Positions 14,484 to 28,032 of a stretch of 64,000 nt of DNA are shown here, in pieces (the stretch's first letter is position 1; the number at the start of each line of letters is the position of its first letter). The stretch is from the NCBI RefSeq assembly GCF_009914755.1, contig NC_060925.1. One strand, given 5' to 3'. Both the position numbers and the translations under genes were made by a program. The notes under the pieces were generated by a model, which had not been told where the DNA came from, did not search any database, and saw only the letters and a program-made list of their open reading frames with translations. The stretch is from the human T2T-CHM13v2.0 reference genome, Homo sapiens.

Positions 14484-15292
14484 ACTTATATTCTATTGGC
14501 TTCATACCTATATTCAAAAACAAGCAAAACATTCAGAGTAGACCATATGCTGGCCAAATATCATTCAGCATGCCTGAGATATAAAAATTATAATGATGTT
14601 TGAGAACATTTTTTTGCACTAGTCCTGCTTGCAACGGCTATGTTTTTAAGCCAATAGGATATCTGTTTTATATGTGTTATTTTCTCTTACCTCATAACTA
14701 AGAAAATGCTAATCATAATAACTGCCAGGGAGAGCCTAATATGTGCCAGTCTCTGGACTAAGTTCTTTACAGGGATTAACCCTCACAAACCATATGTTCT
14801 TATCCGTCCTGTGCAGATTGAGATTTAAGAACCAGAGAACAAACTAAGATTACTCTTAAGATCTGTGTAAATACCAACTCTATGCTCCTTCCACTTCACC
14901 ACTCACCCTGCTATACCCCAAAATAAAAACTCTGCAAAAATAAACTTAAAACATACATATAATATGTTTATGTTATTTGGGCCAGCTAATTGATTCCTGA
15001 TGTTCATATTTATTTTAAACTAAACTCATTACTTGTTCTAGTATATAAATGACTCTGAAGAAGAATGTTTCTGAAAACCACAGCATTTTATCTGCTTAAA
15101 TTATCTTATATTTTTGCTCTGAAGCCATTCTCCAAAGTAGAACTGAATAAAGACTTGAGGATAGACATGAACACATCTATGAAGGCTGTAATTTTTCTGA
15201 AAAGGAAAACAAAATGCATCCCCACTGTCATAATCACAATTGGGCAGAGGTAAATAATACATAAAATGGACTGCAAAGTCCACAACGTATCT

Positions 15293-15599
15293 ATTTTGTT
15301 TGTTTGTTTGTTTGTTTTTGAGACGGAGTCTTGCTCTGTTGCCCAGGCTGGAGTGCAGTGGCGCGATCTCGGCTCGCTGCAAGCCCCGCCTCCCAGGTTC
15401 ACGCCACTCTCCTGCCTCAGCCTCCTGAGTAGCTGGGACTCCAGGCGCCCGCCACCACGCCCGGCTAATTTTTTGTATTTTTAGTAGAGACGGGGTTTCA
15501 CAGTGTTAGCCAGGATGGTCTTGATCTCCTGACTTCCTGATCCGCCCGCCTCGGCCTCCCAAAGTGCTGGGATTACAGGCGTGAGCCACCGCGCCCGGC
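15293..15599 (-). mobile_element. AluY-like SINE, tail decayed to (TTTG)n
   Basis: Full dimer. TSD ACAACGTATCT at 15282-15292 and 15601-15611. Confidence 0.95.
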
Positions 15600-16189
15600 A
15601 ACAACGTATCTTTTAACACCATGACCTTATCCAAGTGTTCACTCCTCAAAAAACAATACAAGTAGAGACATATAATAAAGGTATCAACCAAGCCTTTTTT
15701 TTTTTCCCAAAAAGGCATTTCAAGTTACAAAAAAGTAAAACTCCATTAATTAAGTCCTTAAGTTTATTTTATTTCAAGTGAACTAAATAATGAATTAAGC
15801 TACTTTGAAATTCTGCCTGTTATTTGATCTCATAATCCTCATAGATATTGCGTTTAATAAATTGTCATTAAATGGATTCTACTGTTTTATACGCATACAT
15901 ACATATATGTGGGAAAGCTATTCTTTATATTTTGCTAACTGCAACTGTTCAAAGATTAAAAGAAGTAATTTTATGGCTAAATATGATATATGAAAAAAGT
16001 AAAATGTCCATATTCAAAGCAATTCTTAAATGACCTTAATATTTTAATTATCTCTATGTTGCCAACTGCTGGCACAAACCATGTGTATGCAATTCAGATG
16101 TATCCAATTCAGCACAATGTTTTGTTCAATTATATTTTCCTGTCCTTTATTGAATACCTATAGGTTTATTAAACGGGAGAATAGAATAT

Positions 16190-16790
16190 CAGAGCCCAAT
16201 GTGCTACTAAAATAGCCACTTAACTGGGTTCCATACTTTTTCCCATCAATCTTCATTCCACCAACTTGATTAAGCTTCCAAAAATCCATGTCTCATGTCA
16301 CTCTGATGTTTAAATTCCTTCAAAGAACCCCACTGGCTCTCAGATGATTTCCACATTCCTTGAATATACAACTTGGATATCTGGACACTCCCACTTATCC
16401 TACCACTCTAAGCTCACTGAATGTACAGTCTTAGCTCTCATGAGTCCCTCATTCTGTCCTCATTCAGTGTTCTACCATACTAAACTCAGTCTTTCCAGAA
16501 TCCACCATGTTCTCTGGCTTGCTTCTGGGCCTTTATAAACCCTACTCTCTGTTTCAAACACTTAGCTCCACCTCACCTGAAGGATAAGAATATACCTGAT
16601 AATGCATCTTCTGCAGAAAACATTCTCTGTCTCCCTAAGCTGGGTTAGATCTGCTAACCTCTATTATAGCACCTTTCATACTTTTTTAAAATTATTTGCC
16701 TTGTCTTTGCCAATTTTTGCAAACTAGTAAGGAACAGGTATACACACACAAACACACAGAGATTATGAAAATGTTGGTTGAATGTGAAAC
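16190..16790 (+). mobile_element. L2 fragment
   Basis: catgtcactctgatgtttaaattccttcaaag...; ends aaatgttggttgaatg. Confidence 0.55.
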
Positions 16791-17079
16791 ACGATAATGT
16801 GAAAATATATGGAAGGAACTTCCTCTGAAATCCTCAGGCTATCTAGTGTCGAAATTAAATTTTTTTAGGTCCTAATATGTACTTTTTATTGTAGTCTATT
16901 GACCTCTTAAACACCACCACCCTTTCACTGATCAGTTTGATCCCAAGTCTTTGATCCTTTCTCCCTTGTTGCCTTCACCATCCATATAGATTACTGATGA
17001 AACATCTCATAATACTTTGATTGTTTCATCTCTAATTCCTTCTCTAAGCTTCTTTGCACACTCCCATGACCAGTAGTGA

Positions 17080-17225
17080 ACCGCATCATTACAGTGTTAA
17101 AGAGCAAAACTGCTTCTTAAGTCCACCTCTGCCTCTTAGCATCTGTGTGACTTGGACAGATTACTTAATTACTCTGGGCCTCCGTTTCTATATCAGTACA
17201 ATGAGAATAACAAAAATATTTACTT
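17080..17225 (+). mobile_element. MIR SINE
   Basis: tctgcctcttagcatctgtgtgacttggacagattacttaattactctgggcctccgtttc. Confidence 0.7.
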
Positions 17226-17284
17226 CAAAGAGTTTTTTTTTTGTCAGAACTAAATTGGTTTTTGTAACAATGCCTTCGAATGAT

Positions 17285-17600
17285 GGTGGGGAAATCTGTG
17301 CCTGTGGGTATAGACCTCCCATAGACCTCCTTGCTGCCTATTTTTATATGGTACATGATGTAAGAATAATTGTACATTTTAAATGTTGAAAAATAAAAGG
17401 ACAATATTTTGTGACACATGAAAACTATATGAAATTTCAGCTTTCATAAAGAAAGTTTTTATTGGAACATAGTCACACCCGTTCATTTATATATTGTCCA
17501 TAGCTGCTTTTGTACTGCAACAGAGTTGCGTAGCTGCAACAGAGACTGTGTGCTCACAACAACTAAAATATCTACTACCTAGCCCTTTTAAGCTGAGTCC
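17285..17600. mobile_element. MER58B-like hAT-Charlie element
   Basis: aaagtttttattggaacatagtcacacccgttcattt...gctgcaacagagactgtgtgctcacaac...aaaatatctactacctagcccttt. Confidence 0.75.
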
Positions 17601-17969
17601 CTAGGGATAAATAGGAGTTCCTTAGTGAAGAAGAGAAGGAAAGAAACAGCAGATATGGTAGCACAGATACAAAGAGAGTAAAGAGTTCAAGGAAACCAGC
17701 CATGCTTGCCCAAGGAGACATGGACACGGAGAAAATTTAGCTCTCCAGATTATCCCTGGATGCACCATGGCTGCTGAGGACCACTGGAGAAAAATCATAT
17801 CTTCATCATGCATTCACTGCCACAAACTCCAAGAGCCATCTCCAATAAAAACTATCGACTCGCCCATCCTGACATTTATTACTAGAACTGGAATAATTTT
17901 CAGTTTCTAAAATGTACCTTGCTGTCTTTATCTGTAGATTTTTTCCAGTCCTTCCTCAATTGGTTAAGG

Positions 17970-18142
17970 ACAGTTGACTTATTTTTCAATCCTGTCAATA
18001 GAATCATCTGAAGAGTTTATAAAACCTATGAATGCCTGGAACCCACCCCAGAACTAATAAACTAGAATGATTGGGTACAGACATCCATATTTTTTAAGTT
18101 TCCCAGATGAGTTTAATGTGCAGCCAGGGTTGAAACTCGGTG
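17970..18142. mobile_element. MER5-like hAT-Charlie element
   Basis: tagaatcatctgaagagttt...cccaccccaga...ttcccagatgagtttaatgtgcagccagggttgaaa. Confidence 0.7.
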
Positions 18143-18732
18143 GCTTCAGACCTAGTCAACCTTTTAGTGTAAACCTAAGCATGACTTATTCTAGGAGATT
18201 TATTCTTAGCTCATCCAAGAGGATGATGTGACCTCTTTATATGATCCCAGTGTCTTGTATTTCCCCTTAGATCACCCTACACTATTTTGTTCGCTTGCTT
18301 AATTATGTCTTTGGCTCTAGGCTGTATGCTCTCAGGCACAGCATCTGTCTAAATTATGGTCATGATTTTCTTGTTACATACTCACATCAGCTAATATTTT
18401 TCTCTCTCTGTTAAGCATGTAATTTATTGTTTAACATCTGCCTCCCTTGATACACTGTAAACCCTCTGACAGTGAACATCAGTGCTATTGATATTCACTA
18501 TCAAATTGCAAAGACATAGCAGCTGAAGCACAGTAAATAATCAATGGAGAAATGTTTAATGGATGAATAAATGAGTAGCCACAAGCTGTCTCATAGTTGA
18601 AGCATTTTTCCTACCAGTTTGAGATGGGAAAGGAAGAGGATTGGAAGTGACCTTTACCAAGAACTTGAAGAGGTTTCCAAGTTTGTTTGTTGCCATTGTT
18701 TGATTCAGGTGTGGGAAGAATATAGGTGTGAA

Positions 18733-19075
<343 letters not shown>

Positions 19076-21071
19076 CTAATGTAGATATTTTCCCAACTTC
19101 TTGAGAGTCACTTATTCTCAACCCATACCTCACATCACAGACTATATGTGAGGCATACCATTATGGAACTAATAAAAATAAAATAATACAGAAGAAAGTT
19201 CTCAGCCATCTTCCACTCAGTCAAAAAACCAGTATTGCTACTATGAGCATGTGGTAGTGAGATGTAGGACTGACAAAAGAGAAAAGGATAGAAAATTGAT
19301 TATTTCTTATAATTTTCCTACTACTAATATTCTGCTATATTTCAAAATCATGATGGCTCTTAAGAAAGAGTCTAAAAACTGGGACATGCCAAGCCTATAA
19401 ACAACAATTGATAACTAGTTTCCACAGTAAGAACTGCCCAACAACTAATCCAAATTCAGTAGTTATTATTTCTATGACTTTGGATAAGCTATTTACCTCT
19501 CCAAGACTTAGTTTTCTCAATTTAGTCTCATTTTGAGAATTAAACGCTGTAAGGAATTTTAAACATAGAATGGTGTCTAATGCATAATACATATTCAATA
19601 AAAATATTATCTAAAATTATTATTCCATGAAAATGTCTACCTTTCTGAACATCTTTAATACCATCCACATTTCCCTAGAGCTATAATTAAATTGATTCCT
19701 GTTATCTGCTTCCTCAGACTACCTTGGGAAAGTTCTCTGCAGTTGAGTAGAATACTAAACAGTTTTGATCTCTAAATGTCCATTCAAAATCATCCATAAA
19801 AATTATGTACTGCTTAGCAATCTCTTCAGCATGTTCATATTGTATTCCAGATGCAAACAACCTCAGGAGGTTTCCTGGAATTTAGCTTAAGCAACCAAAT
19901 AGATCTTAAATCTATATTTTCATGCTCAGCACTTCATTACCCCCTAGTAGTACAAATGGACATTAATACACTGATATCATTAGCATTTTTCTCTTTTCAT
20001 TATTTTTTCTTTGCATTGCATAGAAATTGATATAACTATAGCTTAAACACAGCGGGCCTCATCTAAGCTATTTATTAAAGATTTAAAAATGTAATATTGT
20101 AGACCCTTTCCTCTGACACTGTTCTTTCATTTATTGTAAATACATATATTCCACATACCAACCATGAATTATATATGAATATAAAATATTAGAAAATTAA
20201 GCACATTGACTTAAATACTCCCATATTTGAAAAGATACAGAAGTTCATATTTAAATGATGATGTCACACAAATAATGCCAATAAAAATTACATAAACTTC
20301 CTACCCTCAATAGAACCCTTTTTGGATGAAATTACCAGATGTTTGACTTGTATGCTACAATCTAATCTTTGTAGTCAACACAAGTGCAAAATTAAAGAAA
20401 TAAACTACTAAAATACATTAGTAAATTGTAAGATTATATATGAAGCCCTTACAGTTGTATAGTTTACATTAATTACTACAGGACATGGGAAGTGTTCCAC
20501 AATATTATTTAGAGTTCAATTTTCCCCGAAGGGTTTTATAATCAACTAAGATGTGTTGTCATTAATAATGCTCTGTTTACTTAATATATTTCTCCACATA
20601 TACACTAATATACACACGAATACTATAAATAAACAAATGTTGGCATAAAATGGCTTAAGATTTTGATAGGCACCTTGAAAAAAACTGCGTATTTCATATT
20701 CAAACAGTGAAGAGCACCAAACTGAGAATGACATAAGAAAGACAATATATATCAGTAACCTGGAGTTTTAGGAATTTTAGAGTTAATTTCATCAAACCAA
20801 ACACATAACAAGCCTATTAGTACTATCTTTTCAGAAAATAGAAATCCAGTGAACAAATGTAAATGTATTTTCTTACAATTCCAGGAAAATTCCAGTTTAA
20901 AACAAAATGAACTGCATAGTGAAATTCATAATTAGAAAGGTCAATAAAAATACATAGTAAAATATTCTGAAGTGTAATTAATGAAAAAGTGTGACTTCCA
21001 GCAAAATCAATTGTATCAGCATCCCATTGTTGCCTATTTATAATTCTAACCTATTTAGGGATTGAGAGAAA

Positions 21072-23801
21072 TAGTTGACCCTTGAACAATACTAATTTGA
21101 AATGTATAGGTCCAGTTATGTATGAATATGGTTCAATACATAAATTTAAAACACATTTTTGGAGATTTGTGACAATGTGAGAAACCTTCCAGAAGAACAA
21201 AGTAGGCTAAAAATATCAAAAACATTAAGAAAAAGTTAAGTATGTCATGAATGCACAAAATATATGTAGATACAAGTCTTTTATGGTTTACTACCATAAA
21301 ATAGGCACAAATAAAGTATAAAAAGTCAAAATTTGTCAAATCTTATGCACACAAACACAGATCATACATGGCACCATTACACATGGCACCATTCATAGTG
21401 GAGAGAAATGTAAACAAACATAAAGATGCAGCAATAAATGAAAACTGCATAAGATTAAGTGTAGTGCATTCTGTACTACTGTAATCATTTGTAAGCCACC
21501 TCCTGTTGCTATTGTGGTGAACCCAAATGTGGCAAGTATCTGCTTAAATATCATTTCCACATGAGCAGTGGATCTCTCTAGTAAATTGCCTATCTCTGTA
21601 AAAAGTGATCTCTCATGTTTCTTGTGTGCTTTTCATCACATTTAGTGCGATATTGTAAACCTTGAAAAGCACCAGGGAACCTATCTGAAGTACCATTAAT
21701 GTTTCACATACTCCCAAGAAGCAGAGAAAAGTCATGACACACACATACATACATACACAAAGTTGAATTGCTTGATATGTACTGTAGATTGAGGTCTGCT
21801 GTGGTTGCCTGCCATTTCAAGATAAATGAGTCCAGCATAAGGATCATTGTTCCAAAAACAAACAAACAAAAAAAAACAGAAAAAGACAAAAGAAAAGAAA
21901 GGAAATCCATGAATCCATCACTGCATCTATGCCAGTAAGTGCAAAAGCCTTGAACTTTTGCAAAACATCTTTTTTAAAATCTTATATTGAAAATGCAGCT
22001 TTATGTGGGTGAGGGTGGCTATGAGAAAGCCATTATATAGCTATGAAGTTCAATATGATTCAAGAAAAAGTGAAGTCATTATATGACAACTTAAAGCAAA
22101 AGCAAGGTGAAGAATCTAAAGCTGAAGAATTTAATGCCAAAAAGGGTGGTTCGATAATTTTAGAAAGAGGTCTGCTTTAAAAATGTCAAGATAACAGGAG
22201 AAGCACCTTTCGTTGATGAACAGGCAGCAAACCATTTCCCAGATACCATTAGAAAAACCACTGAGGAGAAAGAATAGCTGCCTGAACAGGTTTTTTCATG
22301 CATATGAAACAGCCCTATTCTGGAAAAAAAAATCCACAAAGGATATTTATTAGTAAGAAAGAAAAGTGAGCACCAGGATTTAAGGTAAGAAGAAACAGGC
22401 AAATTCTACAGTTGTGCAAATTCAGTCAGGTTTATGAGGAAGGCATCCCTTATCTATAAAGTTGCTAACCCCAAGCCTTGAAGGGAAAAGATAAACAGGA
22501 ATGCCTGTCTTTCGGTAGTACAACAAGAAGGCTTGGACAAGAACCCTTTTTCTGGAGTGGTTCTGTCGATATTTTGTCCTTGAAGTTGGAAAATACATTG
22601 CCAGTAATAAACCGCCTTTTAAAGTTCTTTTGATATTGGACAATGCCCCTGGCCACCCATAACCCCATGAATTCAATGACAAAGGTGTTCAAGTGGTCTA
22701 CTTGTCCAAAGTACATCTCTAATTCAACCTCTGTGTCATGGGGTCATAAGGATTTTTAAGGCTCACTCACATGGTACTGTATGGAAAGCACTGTCAATGC
22801 TATGGAAGAGAACGCTGATAGAAAGAACATCATGAAAGTCTGGAAGGGTTACACCATTGAAGATGTCATCATTGTTACAGAGAAAGCCTTGAAAGCCATC
22901 AAGCCTGAAGCAATAAATTCCTCCTGAAGAAAACTGTGGCCATATGTTATCCATGGCTTCACAGGATTTGCAGCAGAGCCAATAAAGGAAATCAGGAAAG
23001 AGATTGTGGATATGGAAAAAAAATGTGGAGGTGTGGGGGCAAAGGGTTTCAAGATATGGATCTTGGAAAAATTCAAGAGCTAATAGACACCACACAAGAG
23101 TAATTAGCAGAAGACAACTTGATGAGGATGAATGCTTCCAAACCAGTGTCAGAAGATGGGGAAGAAGAAATAGAAGAGGCAGTGTCAGAAAACAAATTGA
23201 CATTAGACAATCTGGCAGAAGTGGTCTGATTATTCAAGACTGCTTTTGCCTTCTTTTATCACATAGACCCTTCTATGATATGGTAACTAAAATTAAAGCA
23301 AACAGTGGAGGAAGGATTGGTACCATATGAAAACATTTTTTAGAGATACAAAAAAGCAAAAAGTCAGACACCAATTACAATGTATAGCCCTAAAGTTGCA
23401 CAGGTGTGTCTGCGTCTCCTGCCTCCCCTTCCACTTCTTCTGCCTCTGCCATCCCTGAGAAAAGATCAGCCCCTTGTCTTCCTCCTCCTCCTCAACATGA
23501 AGATGATGATGATGATAAGGAAAATCTTTATGATGATTCACTTACATTTAATGAATACTAAATATATTTTCTCATCCTTATGTTTCTTAAGAACATTTTC
23601 TGTTCTCTATTGTAAGAATACAGCATAAAATATATATAACATACAAAATATGTATTAATCAACTGTTTATTTTGTCAATAAGGCTTCCCATGAATGGTAG
23701 GCATTAGTAATGAAGTCTTGGGGGAGCCAAAAGTTATACATGGATTTTCAATGCACAGGGAGTTGGCTCCTCTTACTCTTATGTTGGTCAAAAGTCAACT
23801 C
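21072..23801 (+). mobile_element. Near full-length Tigger2 (pogo-like) DNA transposon with decayed transposase
   Basis: Decayed TIRs tagttgacccttgaacaa ... ttggtcaaaagtcaactc(ta); ~2.7 kb. Transposase remnants PKKQRKVM (~21714), IQEKVKSLYDNLKQK...GWFDNFRKR (CENP-B-type HTH, ~22058-22170) and FKVLLILDNAPGH (22618-22656). Confidence 0.9.
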
Positions 23802-24269
23802 TACATAAAATACATGATTCTGAATTTATCTTTGATTAAGGGCAATACTACTTTCTAGGTAGCCATCACCATGGCTCTCTTAAACCAACAAAACAAAGTA
23901 CAAAATGCCGTTACCATTTCTACACAGCTGTCATTTCTCAGAACACCTGAATTAACATGCATAGTGTCCATCAAATAAGAAAAAATGCTTTACTGTGTAG
24001 AATTTGGCTCTTATATTGACTATACTATGTATGTATGTCAATACTGCATAAAATGGAATAACAAACTATGGGAATTATTGGATATAGATGACCTAGATGC
24101 TGCTAACATCTAAAAGCTTAAATAATTTAAGGCAACATTTATACTCTAAAATTATCTAATTTTACATTTTACATAGAAAATTAACACAAACTCAGTATCT
24201 TTAAATGCACCATCATTTTCTATATGAAAAATATTTGATTAGTACTAAGGAAAAAATGAATCATAAAAA

Positions 24270-25520
24270 GATTATAGGGAGGGTTGCAAAGGCCTGGAAA
24301 ATAATATCAAATAAAAAGAACAGGCAAGGCCTCAATAAGAAAATGATATTTGGGCAAAGTCTAGAAAGTCATAGGAAGTTCCTCTATCCTGCTATTCTTG
24401 CAGAACAGAATTCTAAGCAAAAGGAAAAATAAGTGCAAAGAACCCGAGACAATAGTTGGCCCAGAATGTTGAAAGAAATGCAAGGAGACAAATATGTCTC
24501 AACAAAGGGATCTTTTTTCAAAAAATTATCCCCCATACCCACTTCCTAATATTTTGGCTCTCTTTCCTGCTCAGGTCCCTTCATTTGTACATTGGATATT
24601 TTCTCATGTAAATTTGTGTAACAGAAAATATTGTTCAGTTTGGATAGAGAGCATGGAAAGTTAACAAAAAAAAAAGATAGCTGAACTTCAGATTGAAGAA
24701 ATTTAGTTCCCTGTAAAGTTATTTTAAACTCTGTATTATATAAAAGCCAAAATCTTTCTATGTACTCTATGTGAATATGTGAATACTGCTATAAAAAAGA
24801 TTGACTGCATGGACAAAACAAGAGTGAAAGAGCTGTGGTCAGAGAAGTAAAAGTGAGGATACACTGATAACAAGCTGTATAGGTCCTGTGGAATGTTCAG
24901 GGAGACTGGATTTTATTCTAAATGAGATTTAAAAACCATTGGAAGGTTAGGGGAGAAGGATGACTTGAATCAACTTTTTTTTTTAGACCAGTTTTAGGTT
25001 TACAGAAAAATTGAGAGGAAGGTGCAGATAGTTTCCATTCATTTTATGCTTTCAGACCACTGGGTCTGCTGTGTTGAGAAGAAACTCTAGGCTCACTCGA
25101 GTGGAATCAGGCGGCAGTGAGGAAGTAACTGCAATTTTCCAGATATAAAATGTTGCTTTCTTAGACTGAGACAGAAAGTAAGGGTCAGATTCTACATATA
25201 TTCTGAAAGTGGAGCAGATAGGAGTTGCTGATAGGTAGAAAAGGAGATAAGAGAGAAAATGAGTAAAGCTTAGTTCAAGATTTGTAGCTGGAACATCATG
25301 ATTGATTGGGTTGCCATTAAGTGAGATGGAGAAGGCTGTGAGAAGAACAGGTTTCAGGAGAGGAGTTCTGCAATTCAGTTTTGGGTATACTAAATGTGAG
25401 ATGACTTAATAAATACTGTTAGAAATCATTGAGTAGGCAGTCAAGTATGCAAGTCTGAAGTTCAGGGTAAAGCAGGATAGAAATAAAACTTTAGGAGTTG
25501 ACAGCCTACCAATGCTATCC
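24270..25520 (-). mobile_element. L2 fragment interrupted by inserts at ~24508-24820 and ~24975-25040 (the latter a short L1M 3' end)
   Basis: L2 antisense motifs: ctggattttattctaaatgag...ccattggaagg; ttgccattaagtgagatggagaaggctgtgagaagaacaggttt...ttcagttttggg. Confidence 0.7.
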
Positions 25521-26199
25521 AGAGCTACAATTAATCAATCAATGACATGATTACTTTAAAATTCTATTTGAATAATTTCCACTGAAAGAGAACTTTAAGA
25601 CTTAAAAAAATGCTGACAATAAACAATTGGTCATCTCAAATAATCAAAATAGAGATCATGACCTCATATATTAATCTTAAGAAACAAAAATCATTGTTTG
25701 CAATTTTTGTTCTAAAAGCTGATATACTTTGGTTAATAACAAGAACAGTCACATAAGGTTTAGAAATGCTAAGTTATGTTTTTGTCTTATAGCAGATTTT
25801 ATTTTAACATTTTTCTCATACTCCCTTATGAAGTGGAAGTTTACTTATATATTTTGCAAGACTACATGACCATAGCTCCATATAAAGTGTGACTTAAATG
25901 TACTAATTACTGTTGAGAACCCCAAGTGATTTGACAGTAGGGTTGGCTATTCCAGAAAAAACAGCATGGCCCCAGTTCACTGACTGTCAGAGGATCCAAT
26001 GGTAGGAATCAACTGGGACAACCTAGTTATGTGTTGATATCGAAGTATGCACTGACCCTGCTAACTTGGCAGTTTCCTTGTACTTTTTAATTAGTGACAT
26101 GTTTCCATGCTATGCAGAAAAATCTATCTTTATGATCTTGTGTTATGTGTCCCCCGCCTTCTTCCCCAGCACCATCTCACGTTTTATCCCCACTGCTGC

Positions 26200-26670
26200 T
26201 TCTCCAGACATACTGCCATTTTTCAAGTCCTTTCTTCAAGTCCCTTATGGTGTCATCCTCCCTTCATAAAGGCCTTCACATCACTTCCTGGAATGCTCTT
26301 TCCTCTTCACTTTAGTTAATTAATCAATGCTCAATTGGTACTTTCTCAGGGAAGTTTTCTTCGACTTTACTAAACTTCTGTTTTGTATTCTCCAGGAACC
26401 ATACACCTCTCCTTCAAAGCATCTAGCATAGTTGTAGTTTTATATTTACTTGTACCACTATTTGATTAATTACTGTCTCCTCAAGTAGACCATAATCACT
26501 ACGAGGCAGGATTATAACTATCTTTGCCCACCAACTACCTTTAGCATATAATGAGCTTTTAACCTGTACTTGTCGAACGTGGCAATGAAATGAATGAATT
26601 AGTTTAGAATTCAGGAAGAGCATTTAATAGGGATTTAATAGATATTTGTTGAATAAGTAAATGAATGATT
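26200..26670 (+). mobile_element. L2 3' fragment(s)
   Basis: tgtctcctcaagtagaccataatcactacgaggcagg; aatagatatttgttgaataagtaaatgaatga. Confidence 0.65.
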
Positions 26671-27982
26671 GCAGGTATTAATTAGCTTTTCACTCCATGA
26701 GAATAGAGATCATCATATTGTCTGTGTAGCCACAGCACTTAACACAGTGATTAACATAGAAGATAGTCATTTAACTTTTACAGTTATTGAACAGACTCAA
26801 TCCTGAACTTTTTTATATCATAAAAGCTTGACCTGAAAGTGGAAAGCAAAAATGGCATCACAACTCTGAGTATGGTGAAGAAAAGAACAAAAACTAGTTG
26901 AGAGTATGACATTTTAAAAGTACAGCATTTCTAATTTACAAATAGCCAAGGCTGTTAAAAAAAAGATGTATTATAAAACTAAAATTATACTTCCAATATA
27001 ACCATTTGACTTTAATACTGAGAAGAGCAATATTTATTGGCATTTAGTTTATTACATGCTCTGGAGAGAAGGATTAAAAGAAAGCATTTTCTATATTGTA
27101 ATTAGTTGATCTCCTCAACTCAGTTATTGCAGAGCCACTACTGCTTAGCAATAGCATATTTATCAAATAATTTGTACATTATGATGAATAGCCTTTCACT
27201 CGACTTCCAGTGCCTAGTTATACAAGCCAGATACATTTCTATTTATTTATATATTGGTTTCCTGTTACAGAAGGTTTGTAAACCCCTGCTTCTGCATCAA
27301 CATTATCTATGAAACTTTATAAAGCATCTATGCTTTGATGTCATACAAAATCTATTTCATCAAAATTTCCAGCGTTAGGATTGGAAATAATTATGATACT
27401 AAGCCACGGACCCCAGTCCTCTTGACTTTATTGAAAATATCTTGCTTATGAGTTCATTCATTCAAAAAATATTTACTGGCTATCTATTTTCCTCTAGATA
27501 TGGTGACAGATGCCAGAATGTTTTGCATCAGTGAAAAAGATGTATTTCCTGCTTTCATTATACCATCAAAAATATTTTGAGATAAGTATTTGAGTTTTGG
27601 ATAAGTATAGTGTGCTTTATAATGTTATGCCAGGCTAACTACCCCAATCTTCAATGCTTGAAGAAAGTTATTTCTAGAGGGAGACAATATCTAAATCTCA
27701 AGCAAAGAGGATTTTTACTTTCAGAAATAACAAAGTGGGAGAGTGCTTAGGGTAGAGGTCATAGGTTGGCCTAGAACCAAAATAGAGACTGATAGTCTCA
27801 GGAAATCACAATAATATCAGCAGAAATTGGTTCAAGATACTTCCATAGACATTGAGAGTAGGTGATACACATAGCTATATATCACATCTCAGGTGGTTAG
27901 GTTATGGACAATCAAGTCATTAGCAATGTCAACAACGCCCTCACTTCATTCAGCAAAGTTTTACCAAATGCCTACTATGTGG

Positions 27983-28032
27983 TGGATTCTGTTCTAGATG
28001 CTTTCTGTTCTAGATGGATTCTGTTCTAGATG
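27983..28032. repeat. 3 x 16-bp tandem repeat TG(GA/CT)TTCTGTTCTAGA
   Basis: tggattctgttctaga tgctttctgttctaga tggattctgttctaga tg, inside an L2 tail. Confidence 0.9.

Noticed and set aside
13961-14532. Overlapping ORF cluster
   Set aside because: Falls entirely within the MER6-like element.
22763-23628. ORFs of 82-146 aa
   Set aside because: Off-frame or antisense readings of the decayed Tigger2 transposase.
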